Shown one piece after another: positions 1 to 9,336 of a stretch of DNA of 64,000 nt. The position numbers and the translations under genes were made by a program. Where the stretch lies: NCBI GenBank assembly GCA_963675245.1, contig OY775910.1, forward strand, positions 32,001 to 96,000, in the 5' to 3' direction. Source of the stretch: Acholeplasmataceae bacterium (GTDB taxonomy: Bacteria; Bacillota_I; Bacilli_A; Acholeplasmatales; Acholeplasmataceae). Under the pieces are notes generated by a model. It made no database searches. It was not told where the DNA came from and saw nothing but the letters and a program-made list of their open reading frames with translations. Within the stretch, counting starts at the first letter, position 1, and each line of letters starts with the position of its first letter.

Positions 1-184
1 CAACCCACCATAAGAGAATAAGCACTAATAATAACTTAGCATGAGATCTTACTATGAGATTATTATTCAACTGATGCGTCGTATGGTTGTTATTTAGTGA
101 ATAGTGTTTCACTTGAATAGATTGATAGACCATCCATGTCGTCGATAACAACAAAATTGTCCAAACAGCGATTGCATAAATCAT
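1..184 (-). CDS. Partial membrane protein (5' end only; runs off the left edge)
   Basis: Not in the ORF track. GAGGTG RBS (192-197), ATG at 184, open frame MIYAIAVWTILLLSTTWMVYQ...LLLVLILLWWV with two hydrophobic stretches. Confidence 0.65.
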   Translation of the reverse strand, partial: MIYAIAVWTILLLSTTWMVYQSIQVKHYSLNNNHTTHQLNNNLIVRSHAKLLLVLILLWWV

Positions 185-375
185 TATCAAACACCTCGAT
201 TATGGAATCAAAAAAGCCTTATTAGGCCGTATAGTGCTTTTTTCGAGATGAACAAAAAAAACCTGGTTCTTCCCTAACAAGCATCTACTTGTACCCCACG
301 CTACTAGTATATATGACTTTTGTCACGAAAAACACGGCGGATGTGTCATACTTTTTCAAACAATATTAGTATTTT

Positions 376-403
376 TTTTAACATAATACTAGTTATAAAT
401 GAA
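376..403 (-). other. dif-like Xer recombination site candidate
   Basis: Minus strand TTCATTTATAA-CTAGTA-TTATGTTAAAA has the 11-6-11 layout. The right arm matches the E. coli XerD arm TTATGTTAAAT at 10/11 and the left arm ends in TATAA. Intergenic. Confidence 0.4.
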
Positions 404-428
404 AAAGAGTGATTAAATAATCACTCTT
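402..428 (-). terminator. Intrinsic terminator after the GNAT gene
   Basis: Stem AAGAGTGATT/AATCACTCTT (405-414/419-428) followed by a T-run on the minus strand. Confidence 0.8.
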
Positions 429-454
429 GATTAAAATTGCAACTATGTCACATT

Positions 455-1003
455 TTAAGTTGAAAAATTGACATTAGGTTGTAATCTTTTACCATACTCT
501 AATCGCACTTCTTTTTGTTTTAAATCCTCATTTGAATACGCTAATAAATCTAATCCAACAAAATGAAGACCCATTTTTTCGTAAAACTTAATGGCAGGAT
601 CATTGCATGATTGAACTTCTAATATCAATGCTCTCGCACCTAAGCTTTTCGCTTCATTCTCTATGTAATTCATTAACGTTCTTCCATTACCTTCTTTACG
701 ATATCTGGGGTCTACCCATAAATTCCATATCCGATAAACGTTATGCCATGTTTCTAAAGATCCCTCAATCACACCAACCAATTTTTTTCGATCAAAAACG
801 CCATATGCCATACCATTTCTAATATGGCTTTCATAAAGAACTGATGTAAAACCTCTCGTCTCTTTCTTCATGCGTTTTCTTTTAATGACCATTTTAACTG
901 CTTTATCTTCTTTAATTTGTATATGACGATATGCTTTTGTCACATAATGACAATCCAACTCAAATCCCTTATATTCGCCAAAATCTAACGCTTTAATATC
1001 CAT
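455..1003 (-). CDS. GNAT family N-acetyltransferase
   Basis: Acetyl-CoA motif LWVDPRYRKEGNGRTL and NDPAIKFYEKMG. Start placed at ATG 1003, next to the TetR stop. Confidence 0.88.
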   Translation of the reverse strand: MDIKALDFGEYKGFELDCHYVTKAYRHIQIKEDKAVKMVIKRKRMKKETRGFTSVLYESHIRNGMAYGVFDRKKLVGVIEGSLETWHNVYRIWNLWVDPRYRKEGNGRTLMNYIENEAKSLGARALILEVQSCNDPAIKFYEKMGLHFVGLDLLAYSNEDLKQKEVRLEYGKRLQPNVNFST

Positions 1004-1004
1004 A

Positions 1005-1601
1005 TTATTCCACAAGCATAAGCAGTTGTTTTAAATAGAACTGCTTAAATTCAGGATCTCTAAAAGTGTCTATACGGCTCACTTCATTATCCCCTTGAAC
1101 GAGTTGGATAAAAAGGGGTATGGCTAGTGATGAGAATATCATGGTATATTTGGCCATTACTTCTTTAGGATTGTCAGTTAATGTTTTCTCTTGAAGATTT
1201 TTATAGACAAGTCTTGTAAATTCGCTATCAGCAAAAAATGTATCAATTAATTGATTCGTCGAATTCATTTGTTGTTCTCTTGTTAAAAATAAGTAAGATA
1301 AAATACCCACATTATCTAAAACAAAATTATAGACATAGGAAACGACTTGTTCTAAAAAAACTTCTGTACTGACCGTATTTAAAACCTGGTTCATCTCCAT
1401 CGTGATATGTGTCTTTACTTCATCTAATATTTCGTCAATAACAATCTCAATTAAATGCTCTTTACTCCCAAAATGATAGTTAACTGCAGCAATGTTAATG
1501 AAACATTGATCAGCAATATCTTTAATCGTCACATAACCTTTTTCTCTAAGCAAAATTTTTGTCGACTCTATAATTTTTCTTTTTATATCATTGTTTTTCA
1601 T
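1005..1601 (-). CDS. TetR/AcrR family regulator
   Basis: N-terminal HTH TIKDIADQCFINIAAVNYHFGSKEHL; divergent from the MMPL gene. Confidence 0.9.
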   Translation of the reverse strand: MKNNDIKRKIIESTKILLREKGYVTIKDIADQCFINIAAVNYHFGSKEHLIEIVIDEILDEVKTHITMEMNQVLNTVSTEVFLEQVVSYVYNFVLDNVGILSYLFLTREQQMNSTNQLIDTFFADSEFTRLVYKNLQEKTLTDNPKEVMAKYTMIFSSLAIPLFIQLVQGDNEVSRIDTFRDPEFKQFYLKQLLMLVE

Positions 1602-1615
1602 TCAAACCACCTTAT

Positions 1616-1723
1616 TCAAACGACATTTGAAACTGTAATTAAAATCATGTTTCATACTCTATTTATACCATAAAAGAAGTAAAATTTAAATGAGTATTTT
1701 AAATGTTTATTTTAAATACATAT
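1616..1723. promoter_or_regulatory. Putative TetR operator region
   Basis: Palindrome TTCAAA-CGACA-TTTGAA (1616-1632) and three tandem 13-bp units TTTAAAT-N4-AT (1685-1723) between the divergent tetR and mmpL genes. Confidence 0.4.
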
Positions 1724-1739
1724 TTTAGAGGTGATTTTT

Positions 1740-3797
1740 ATGAAAAAAAATATTGTAATCATGGTGATAATTTCATTACTTGTCATCGCAAGCGTTGTCT
1801 TAATACCTTTTTCAGTAACGAATTATGATCTAACGACTTATTTACCTAAAGATTCTCAAACACTTAATGGTATTAACACATTGAATGAAGAATTTGGTTC
1901 ACAAACGAGTATTCAAGTTCAAATAAATGATATTGGTGTTTCAGAAACAATTCAAATGAAACAATCATTACTGACCATAAATGGTATATCTCAAGTGGTG
2001 TGGTTAGATGATTATGTCGATTTAACTACCACCCCCATTGATTATGTCCCTATTAATCAGGTTAATCTATTTTATAAAAATAATGATGCGTTACTCACAC
2101 TAATCATCGATTATAACAGCTATGATCTTCAAGTCGATCAAATCATTGATGATGTTAAAGACATCACAGCACAGTATGATATTGCAATGCGTGGTGAAGC
2201 CATCAATAATATTGAAAACAGAACCATCGCAAACAATGAAATTTTCAAGATTATTTTAATTATTGTACCTATTTTGATTATCATCTTATTTCTTGCATCT
2301 TCTTCTTGGTTTGAACCGGTTCTTATCCTATCCACACTTGCCATTGCTGTTCTCATCAATTATGGCACCAATTTTTTCGTTCCTAATGTTTCTTTTATTA
2401 CGAAAACAATGGCGTTGGCATTGCAATTAGCCTTGTCAATCGATTATGCACTCTTTTTAACGCATCGTTATCGTGAAGAAAGAGAACACACATCTGATCC
2501 TAAAATAGCGATAAAACAAGCATTTAAAAAAACATTTCCTGCAATTACAGCATCAGCATTAACAACCGTAGCTGGTTTCTTATCTATCATGTTTATGCGC
2601 TATCGTATCGGTTTAGATATCGGTATGGTTCTATCTAAGGGCATTATATTGTCTTATTTAGCGACTTTAATCGTTTTACCCATCATTTTAGTCTGGTCTG
2701 ATCATCTCATTGAAAAAACAAAACATAAAACATTAATCAAAGCACCTCGATGGTTTATTCCTGTCATGAATAAAATCAAATATCCATTATTAATCATCTT
2801 AGGTGTAGTCATCGTTTTTGGTATAATTTATCAACAAAAAACAGATTACTTGTATGGCAATAATACAACATTTAATGAACAGTCAACCGTTTATCAAGAT
2901 TTGGATTCGATGAATGACCAATTCGGTGTATGGCAACAAATCGTTATTCTAATACCTAAATATCAGGTTGATGACGAACTCATACTCATTCAATCCTTAA
3001 TGACGATTGATCATGTAACTCGTGTGCAATCACTCTACACGACAGTAAATCCATTAACGCCAATCAATCTTATCCCACAAAGTGTGCTCGATCAATTTGT
3101 GAGTGAACATTATGAACGTGTGATAGTCATGGTAGATATTGAAGAGGAAGGTGAGGAACTCTATACTTTAAGTAACGCTTTAGATCAAAAAACGAGTGAT
3201 CTTTTTCAAGACTACCACATTATTGGTACACCAACTGCAACCACTGAGATAAGGGATGTTGTTTCCAGTGATGCTACATTAGTTATTTCATTATCTGTAA
3301 TTGCCATTTTTATCATATTAGCTATCACATTTAAATCTATTTTTATTCCAATTTTATTGGTTGGTATTATAGAAGCAGCGATATGGGTAAATGTTTCAAT
3401 TTTATATTTTACTGATGTTACAACCTTATATATTGGTTATTTGGTTGTGATGTCAATTCAGTTGGGTGCGACCATTGATTATGCAGTATTACTAACGAAT
3501 CGATATCTACAAAACAGAACTGAATATGATCGTAAAGAAGCGTTGCATAGAGCATTTGAGCGAGCATCTGTCACGATTTTCATTTCTGCAATGATATTAT
3601 CCATAGCTGGGTTTATTGAAGGAATATTTTCCAATATAACAGCCATAAAAGATATCGGGTTTTTGCTCGGTAAAGGTGCACTAATTTCTGTTTTCTTTGT
3701 CTATCTTTTCTTACCGCCTGCATTGCTTGTTCTTGATAAAATCATTATCCTCACACAATTTCATAAACGTAAACCTAAACCTAAAAAAGAGCCTTAG
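1740..3797 (+). CDS. MMPL/RND family lipid transporter
   Basis: Two internal repeats with SIDYALFL and GATIDYAVLL motifs, about 12 TM segments; GAGGTG RBS before ATG 1740. Confidence 0.9.
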   Translation: MKKNIVIMVIISLLVIASVVLIPFSVTNYDLTTYLPKDSQTLNGINTLNEEFGSQTSIQVQINDIGVSETIQMKQSLLTINGISQVVWLDDYVDLTTTPIDYVPINQVNLFYKNNDALLTLIIDYNSYDLQVDQIIDDVKDITAQYDIAMRGEAINNIENRTIANNEIFKIILIIVPILIIILFLASSSWFEPVLILSTLAIAVLINYGTNFFVPNVSFITKTMALALQLALSIDYALFLTHRYREEREHTSDPKIAIKQAFKKTFPAITASALTTVAGFLSIMFMRYRIGLDIGMVLSKGIILSYLATLIVLPIILVWSDHLIEKTKHKTLIKAPRWFIPVMNKIKYPLLIILGVVIVFGIIYQQKTDYLYGNNTTFNEQSTVYQDLDSMNDQFGVWQQIVILIPKYQVDDELILIQSLMTIDHVTRVQSLYTTVNPLTPINLIPQSVLDQFVSEHYERVIVMVDIEEEGEELYTLSNALDQKTSDLFQDYHIIGTPTATTEIRDVVSSDATLVISLSVIAIFIILAITFKSIFIPILLVGIIEAAIWVNVSILYFTDVTTLYIGYLVVMSIQLGATIDYAVLLTNRYLQNRTEYDRKEALHRAFERASVTIFISAMILSIAGFIEGIFSNITAIKDIGFLLGKGALISVFFVYLFLPPALLVLDKIIILTQFHKRKPKPKKEP

Positions 3798-3808
3798 TGG
3801 CTCTTTTT
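3784..3808 (+). terminator. Intrinsic terminator
   Basis: AAAAAGAGCC-TTAGT-GGCTCTTTTT. Confidence 0.8.
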
Positions 3809-3872
3809 GTTGTTTAAAATAATCGTAAAGTGTATTATAATGAAGTAAATGAACGACTGAAGGGATCTATCT

Positions 3873-4646
3873 ATGAAAAAAGAAAATCACATTTTATTAA
3901 TTATCATCATTGCTATTCTTTTGGTTGTAGACTTAATTTTTGCTTTTTATACTAATTTTGAGGGGGCAATGATTGTTGATATCGTTCTGCGTTTCTCATA
4001 TAGTATTGTAATTATTCTTATGATTATGGCGTTACGTCTAGATGTCTTAAAACCAAAAAACTTGCATCTTCTTTGGTTAGCTATCCCTGCACTTTTAGTA
4101 TCAATTAACAATTTTCCAATCATCGCCTTTTTTAATGAAAAAACAACATTAACGGCGTCCGATACAGATGTTTATATGTTTTTGATGCAATCTGTCAGTA
4201 TTGGTTTATTTGAAGAACTTATCTTTAGAGGATTGATGCTAGCGTGGATATTAGATTACTTAAAAGATACAAAGCATGCTGTACTAAAATCCATGTTTAT
4301 CTCATCTGCCTTATTCGGTCTTGTTCATTTACTAAATATATTTGCTGGTGCTTCCTTTGGTCAGACTATATTGCAAATGCTTTATACGACCTTAACCGGT
4401 CTTATGTGGTCTGCTGTATTAGTGCTCACAAAAAACATATGGACAACAGTTGTATTACATATAGTCTATAATATTGCTGGTTTATTTTTCCCGACACTCG
4501 GGCAAGTTATCGGACAGTGGGATATCTGGACAGTTAGTATCACGATTGGATTAAGTATTGTTGTTGCTGCATTCTATTTGTATCACATATTAAAAATCAA
4601 AACATATAACATTTTAGTCATACCTAATCAACCAAATAAAACATGA
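3873..4646 (+). CDS. CPBP (type II CAAX/Abi) intramembrane glutamic protease
   Basis: Motifs FEELIFRG, FGLVH and HIVYN in a multi-TM protein. Confidence 0.9.
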   Translation: MKKENHILLIIIIAILLVVDLIFAFYTNFEGAMIVDIVLRFSYSIVIILMIMALRLDVLKPKNLHLLWLAIPALLVSINNFPIIAFFNEKTTLTASDTDVYMFLMQSVSIGLFEELIFRGLMLAWILDYLKDTKHAVLKSMFISSALFGLVHLLNIFAGASFGQTILQMLYTTLTGLMWSAVLVLTKNIWTTVVLHIVYNIAGLFFPTLGQVIGQWDIWTVSITIGLSIVVAAFYLYHILKIKTYNILVIPNQPNKT

Positions 4647-4665
4647 TTAATTTGAAAGGATAATA

Positions 4666-5070
4666 ATGAATAAAAGAGTTTTTATATTTATGTTGTTCAC
4701 CTATATACTGTTGTTGACAGGTTGTACCTCTATTAATGAATTACCAAAAGATTTACAAATGCCAAAAAATTACCAACCGACTCAAATTCGAGTTTCAGCC
4801 AGTGTTTATGCATCATCTTCGGTATTGATTACAGATCAAAAAGATATTATGACAATTATAGACGAATTTTATCATCTTTCCTTTAAAGTGTATGAAGATG
4901 AACCATCATTAATTGATTTAGCTAGTATTGTTATTGGCGATTATCTTTATTTAGTTGACGATGAAGGTACTGTTTATATGTTAAATGGTACATTAACAAT
5001 TGACAATAGCTGGTATGAATCTAGTACAAAAGTTGATATGACATTATTTACTGATTATCTAACTGCATAA
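4666..5070 (+). CDS. Lipoprotein of unknown function
   Basis: Signal peptide with lipobox LLLTGC; AAAGGA RBS. Confidence 0.75.
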   Translation: MNKRVFIFMLFTYILLLTGCTSINELPKDLQMPKNYQPTQIRVSASVYASSSVLITDQKDIMTIIDEFYHLSFKVYEDEPSLIDLASIVIGDYLYLVDDEGTVYMLNGTLTIDNSWYESSTKVDMTLFTDYLTA

Positions 5071-5087
5071 CAACGATAGATTTAAAG

Positions 5088-5127
5088 AAAAAAAGCGAAC
5101 ATCCTTGAATAGGAAAGTTCGCTTTTA
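5088..5127. terminator. Bidirectional terminator
   Basis: AAAAAAGCGAAC...GTTCGCTTTTT between convergent genes. Confidence 0.75.
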
Positions 5128-5135
5128 TAATGATA

Positions 5136-7628
5136 TTAAATAAATAAGTTATGATTGCTTTCAGTTGTATCTCCTAAGTAGGTAGCTACACCAGCCACTT
5201 CGATACCATCAATTAATTCTTCTTCTTTAATACCCATAATATCCATACTCATTGCACATGCGATAATCTTAACACCCATATCGATTGCATTTTGCATTAA
5301 AGTTTGAAGAGAATCAACATTCTTTTTCTTCATAATGGATTTAATCATCTTAGGTCCCATACCACCCATATTCATGTTAGAAATTGGAAGTTTGTTAACA
5401 CCACGTGGCATCATTCTACCAAACATTTTTTCAATAAATGTCTTCTTAATACGGACACGTTTTGGTTTTCTTAAGATGTTTAATCCCCAGAATGTAAAAA
5501 ATAAACTGACTTTTTTACCCATCGATTGTGCACCAGATGCGATAATGAATGCAGCAATAGCTTTATCCAAATCTTGACTGAAGACAACAATAGTTGTACC
5601 ATTTTGGTCTTCTCTTACTTCATAACCAGATTTAGGTGCTTTAGGCATTGCCTTATTTTGACCTTTTTGGATATGAGCAGTGATAATACGACCATCTCTT
5701 GTGACATTAAGCAATGTATTTCCTGTCTTATCTGACCAGCTTTGAATATCCTTCATAAAGCCTGGATCAGTTGCTTTAACTTCTAGCACCTGACCATCTT
5801 CAATGGATTGCATATTCTTGTAAACTTGAACTATTGGACCAGGACATTGAAGACCACATGCATCAATTGACAAACTCACTTTAGCATCATGCATAACAGG
5901 AACAGGTTCTTCAAGTTTTATTTTATCTAGAACTGGTATACCTAAATCATCCGTTAATCGGAAGCAGATTTCACTACCATTTTCATCAAATACACAGCTA
6001 TATGATTTTAAACCACCATCTAAATTCTTAACTGGATAACCATGTTGCATTAAAATTCTAGTAGCAGCATAACCTCGTTGTCCAACATGACAGTAAACAT
6101 ATATTTCTCTATCTTTTGGAATTTCATCGAGTCTATGTCTGATTTGTGATAAAGGGATATTAATCGAACCTGGTAAATATTCTAAGATATATTCTGCTTC
6201 CTCACGTACGTCAATAATAAACGCACCTCTTGAGGCTAATTCTTGCATATCAGACCAAGTGATGGTTTGAACCATATCTTTAATGATGTTGTCTGCAACA
6301 AATCCAACCATATTGATTGGATCTTTTGCTGACGAGAATGGTGGTGCATATGCAAGATCTAAGTTTTTAAGCTCTGTGACTTTCATTTTGGCATAAATAG
6401 CAGTTGATAAAACATCAATACGTTTATCTGTACCATGACCACCCACTGCTTGACCACCATAAATCTCTTCTGTTTCTGGGTTAAATAAAACCTTTAATGA
6501 AATAACATCTGAACCAGGATAATAACTTGCATGATTAGTAGGATGTACATGAATACCTTTATAAGGTAGCCCTAATTGTTTTAATGTTTTTTCGTTAACA
6601 CCAGTGCTTGCAACTGTGAGTTCAAATATCTTAGCTGCTGAAGTTGCAAGTGTGCCATGATATACATCTTCGATACCATTAATGTGATTTGCTACATAGC
6701 GACCTTGCTTATTAGCAGGTCCAGCTAAAGCAGCCGACATAGGTTCACCAGTTACTTCATTGATGACATCAATCACATCACCAATTGCATAAATATCTGG
6801 ATCTGATGTTTGAAGATATTCATTCACCTTTATTGAACCACGTCTTGTCAATTCCAGCTGTGCAGTTTTAGCTAGTTCATTATCAGGACGAACACCAATC
6901 GCGAAGATAATGAGATCAGTTAAAATAGTTGTCCCAGAAGCGAGTGTAATTTTCCTACCTGCTTGTTCAAATGATTTAACCCCATCATTTAAAATGAGGT
7001 CTACACCATTTTCAACAATCTTTTGATGAATAATTTGTGCCATTTCATAGTCAAACATAGCCATGACTTGAGGTGCCATTTCGATAAGTTTAACATGTAT
7101 ACCGAGATGGGCAAGGTTTTCCATCATTTCGATACCAATAAAACCACCACCAATGACTGTTGCAGTCTTTGGTTGTTTTTCTTTAATGTAAGCTATAATT
7201 TCATCCATATCAGGAATGTTTCGAAGCTTAAATAGATTTGTAGCTTCTTTTAAACCTGGAATTGGTGGCATAATAGGTTGCGCACCAGTTGATATGATAA
7301 CCTTATCATAAGACTCTTCATAGGTCTTATTTCCTTTTAAATCTTTAACAACAACTTTTTTATTTTCTTTATCAATATTGATTGCTTCTGACAAAATTCT
7401 AACATCAATGTTAAATTTCGCTTTCATGTCCTCAACTGATTGTACAATAAGCGAATCTCTTGATGTGATGACGCCCCCTATATGATAAGGCAAACCGCAG
7501 TTTGCAAATGAGATAAATTCACCACGTTCAAGTAATATAATTTCAGCAAATTCATCTAAACGACGTAAGCGTGCTGCAGTTGTTGCTCCACCAGCAACAC
7601 CACCTACGATGATAATTTTTTTATTCAT
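5136..7628 (-). CDS. CoA-disulfide/persulfide reductase fused to rhodanese, TusA/SirA and DsrE-like domains
   Basis: GGVAGG FAD motif, SFANCGLPY active site, rhodanese YCHVGQRG, TusA CGLQCPGP, DsrE-like ACAMSMDIMG. GGAGG RBS 7 nt before ATG 7628; TTGACA-17-TATATT upstream. Confidence 0.9.
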   Translation of the reverse strand: MNKKIIIVGGVAGGATTAARLRRLDEFAEIILLERGEFISFANCGLPYHIGGVITSRDSLIVQSVEDMKAKFNIDVRILSEAINIDKENKKVVVKDLKGNKTYEESYDKVIISTGAQPIMPPIPGLKEATNLFKLRNIPDMDEIIAYIKEKQPKTATVIGGGFIGIEMMENLAHLGIHVKLIEMAPQVMAMFDYEMAQIIHQKIVENGVDLILNDGVKSFEQAGRKITLASGTTILTDLIIFAIGVRPDNELAKTAQLELTRRGSIKVNEYLQTSDPDIYAIGDVIDVINEVTGEPMSAALAGPANKQGRYVANHINGIEDVYHGTLATSAAKIFELTVASTGVNEKTLKQLGLPYKGIHVHPTNHASYYPGSDVISLKVLFNPETEEIYGGQAVGGHGTDKRIDVLSTAIYAKMKVTELKNLDLAYAPPFSSAKDPINMVGFVADNIIKDMVQTITWSDMQELASRGAFIIDVREEAEYILEYLPGSINIPLSQIRHRLDEIPKDREIYVYCHVGQRGYAATRILMQHGYPVKNLDGGLKSYSCVFDENGSEICFRLTDDLGIPVLDKIKLEEPVPVMHDAKVSLSIDACGLQCPGPIVQVYKNMQSIEDGQVLEVKATDPGFMKDIQSWSDKTGNTLLNVTRDGRIITAHIQKGQNKAMPKAPKSGYEVREDQNGTTIVVFSQDLDKAIAAFIIASGAQSMGKKVSLFFTFWGLNILRKPKRVRIKKTFIEKMFGRMMPRGVNKLPISNMNMGGMGPKMIKSIMKKKNVDSLQTLMQNAIDMGVKIIACAMSMDIMGIKEEELIDGIEVAGVATYLGDTTESNHNLFI

Positions 7629-7754
7629 TAGCATACCTCCAACTCTTATTAATATACGCCATTCAGATGTAGATGTCAATAAAAAAATGCCATATGAAAG
7701 ATTATGAAAATGTTATCATAAAACTTATGCTATGATATAAATAGGAGGCATATT

Positions 7755-8360
7755 ATGAATATACTTATTACTGGTTTTATGCCATTCGGTGGACATGATA
7801 CAAATGTGACTAAAATCTTGCTAGATAATTTTAAATATGAGAATCAAAATCATATGATACATAAGGTTATTTTTTCAACTACTTTCGATACATTGAGAAG
7901 TGAATTAATGAATGCATTAGTCACATATAATCCTGATCTATTAATTCATTTAGGAGAACATGCTAGAGCTGACGCTATTACCTTAGAGCGTGTTGCGATT
8001 AATTTTGATGATGCGAGAATTCCTGATAATGCCGGCATACAACCTATAGATTTACCCATTGTTGACAACGGTGTATCAGCTTATTTTTCACATCTACCAT
8101 TAAGATCGATTGAATCAGCATTGAAAGATAAAAACATTCCTGTCAAAATATCATATTCTGCAGGTGCATTTGTCTGCAACCATCTCTTTTATGTATCTGA
8201 AGATATTCAATCACAAAGAAAAAACCGGATTCCCTCCGGTTTCATTCATATACCACTTATTAAAGAACAAGATGAGCGTGCTTTATTTGATCTTGAAACA
8301 ATTAAACATGCACTAACCGTTATCATTGATACCTGTATTAAAGCATCATCTAAATCTTGA
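7755..8360 (+). CDS. pcp: Pyroglutamyl-peptidase I
   Basis: ILITGFMPFGG, LERVAIN, AGAFVCN and GFIHIP motifs. Confidence 0.92.
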   Translation: MNILITGFMPFGGHDTNVTKILLDNFKYENQNHMIHKVIFSTTFDTLRSELMNALVTYNPDLLIHLGEHARADAITLERVAINFDDARIPDNAGIQPIDLPIVDNGVSAYFSHLPLRSIESALKDKNIPVKISYSAGAFVCNHLFYVSEDIQSQRKNRIPSGFIHIPLIKEQDERALFDLETIKHALTVIIDTCIKASSKS

Positions 8361-8663
8361 ATATTCACTTAAATCAACATTTAACCAATATGATTTACCA
8401 TCATCACTTCGCTTCATAAAGCCATAGTCAATCATAAATCTGCGGACAGTTGCGAAATCACTATAAGCTTTTTTCAAAATGTCATTCACATCTGATTCTT
8501 TATAAATTTTATCTATTTCAAAACTATGAACAAGAAAACACGCAAGTATATATTTGCGTTTTTCTTTGGCAGGAAATACACTAAATGTTACAGGGTTTAC
8601 TGAATCTAGTGTACCTTTTTTTATATTGTGAATATCTTGTTCCGTAATGTCAAATTTAATCAT
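8346..8663 (-). CDS. DUF2087-type winged-helix protein
   Basis: FPAKEKRK...YKESDVNDIL...DFATVRRFMIDYGFMKRS. Confidence 0.8.
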   Translation of the reverse strand: MIKFDITEQDIHNIKKGTLDSVNPVTFSVFPAKEKRKYILACFLVHSFEIDKIYKESDVNDILKKAYSDFATVRRFMIDYGFMKRSDDGKSYWLNVDLSEYSRFR

Positions 8664-9261
8664 TATTTATTTCCAAATACCATACTTTAGCTGCATCTAA
8701 TTCCTCTTTTGATAATTGATGACCAAATTCCGTCCAAAAGACTGAAACTTCAGCATTTGCACTCTGATAGATTTGAGTTAACTCATGAACTTCATGTTCT
8801 GGCATCATTTGATCATTTTGCCCAGCACCAATAAATACACTCATACGACCCAAATTTGGAATGCTGATACCTCTAATCGGAACCATTGGATGAAGTAAAA
8901 TCATACTTTTAAAGACTTTTCCATGAAGAAATGCCATCGCACTAGCGATATTTGCACCATTAGAATATCCAACAGCTATCATTTTCTTAGGATCAAAACG
9001 ATAAATCTTGGCATGTTCATGTAAATAATCCTTTAAATTATGAGCTTCCTCAATGAGGCTTTCTTCATCAAAAACACCCATAGATTTTCTTTTAAAGAAA
9101 CGTGACATACCATATTCAGATACGTTTCCTCTCACACCTAAAAGATTCGCTTCAGGATCAATATGTTTTCCTATATCTAGCAAATCCTTCTCACTTCCAC
9201 CTGTACCATGTAATAACACAAGTGTTTTTCCGTTTGTACCTTTTTTAAATATATGGACCAT
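8656..9261 (-). CDS. Alpha/beta hydrolase, MhqD-like carboxylesterase
   Basis: LLHGTGG, GYSNGANIA and GHQL motifs; GGAGGG RBS before ATG 9261. Confidence 0.88.
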   Translation of the reverse strand: MVHIFKKGTNGKTLVLLHGTGGSEKDLLDIGKHIDPEANLLGVRGNVSEYGMSRFFKRKSMGVFDEESLIEEAHNLKDYLHEHAKIYRFDPKKMIAVGYSNGANIASAMAFLHGKVFKSMILLHPMVPIRGISIPNLGRMSVFIGAGQNDQMMPEHEVHELTQIYQSANAEVSVFWTEFGHQLSKEELDAAKVWYLEINND

Positions 9262-9336
9262 TTTATCCCTCCGTTGTTCTATTAGCGGCGGTTCTAGGTT
9301 GCTAAGATACATGTTGTCTTTTGTGTTTATTATACA

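Noticed and set aside
9282..9305. TTAGC...GCTAA as a CIRCE, or GGTTCTAG as a preQ1 riboswitch
   Set aside because: It is 24 bp rather than 27 bp, and the preQ1-like loop is on the wrong strand with no A-rich tail.
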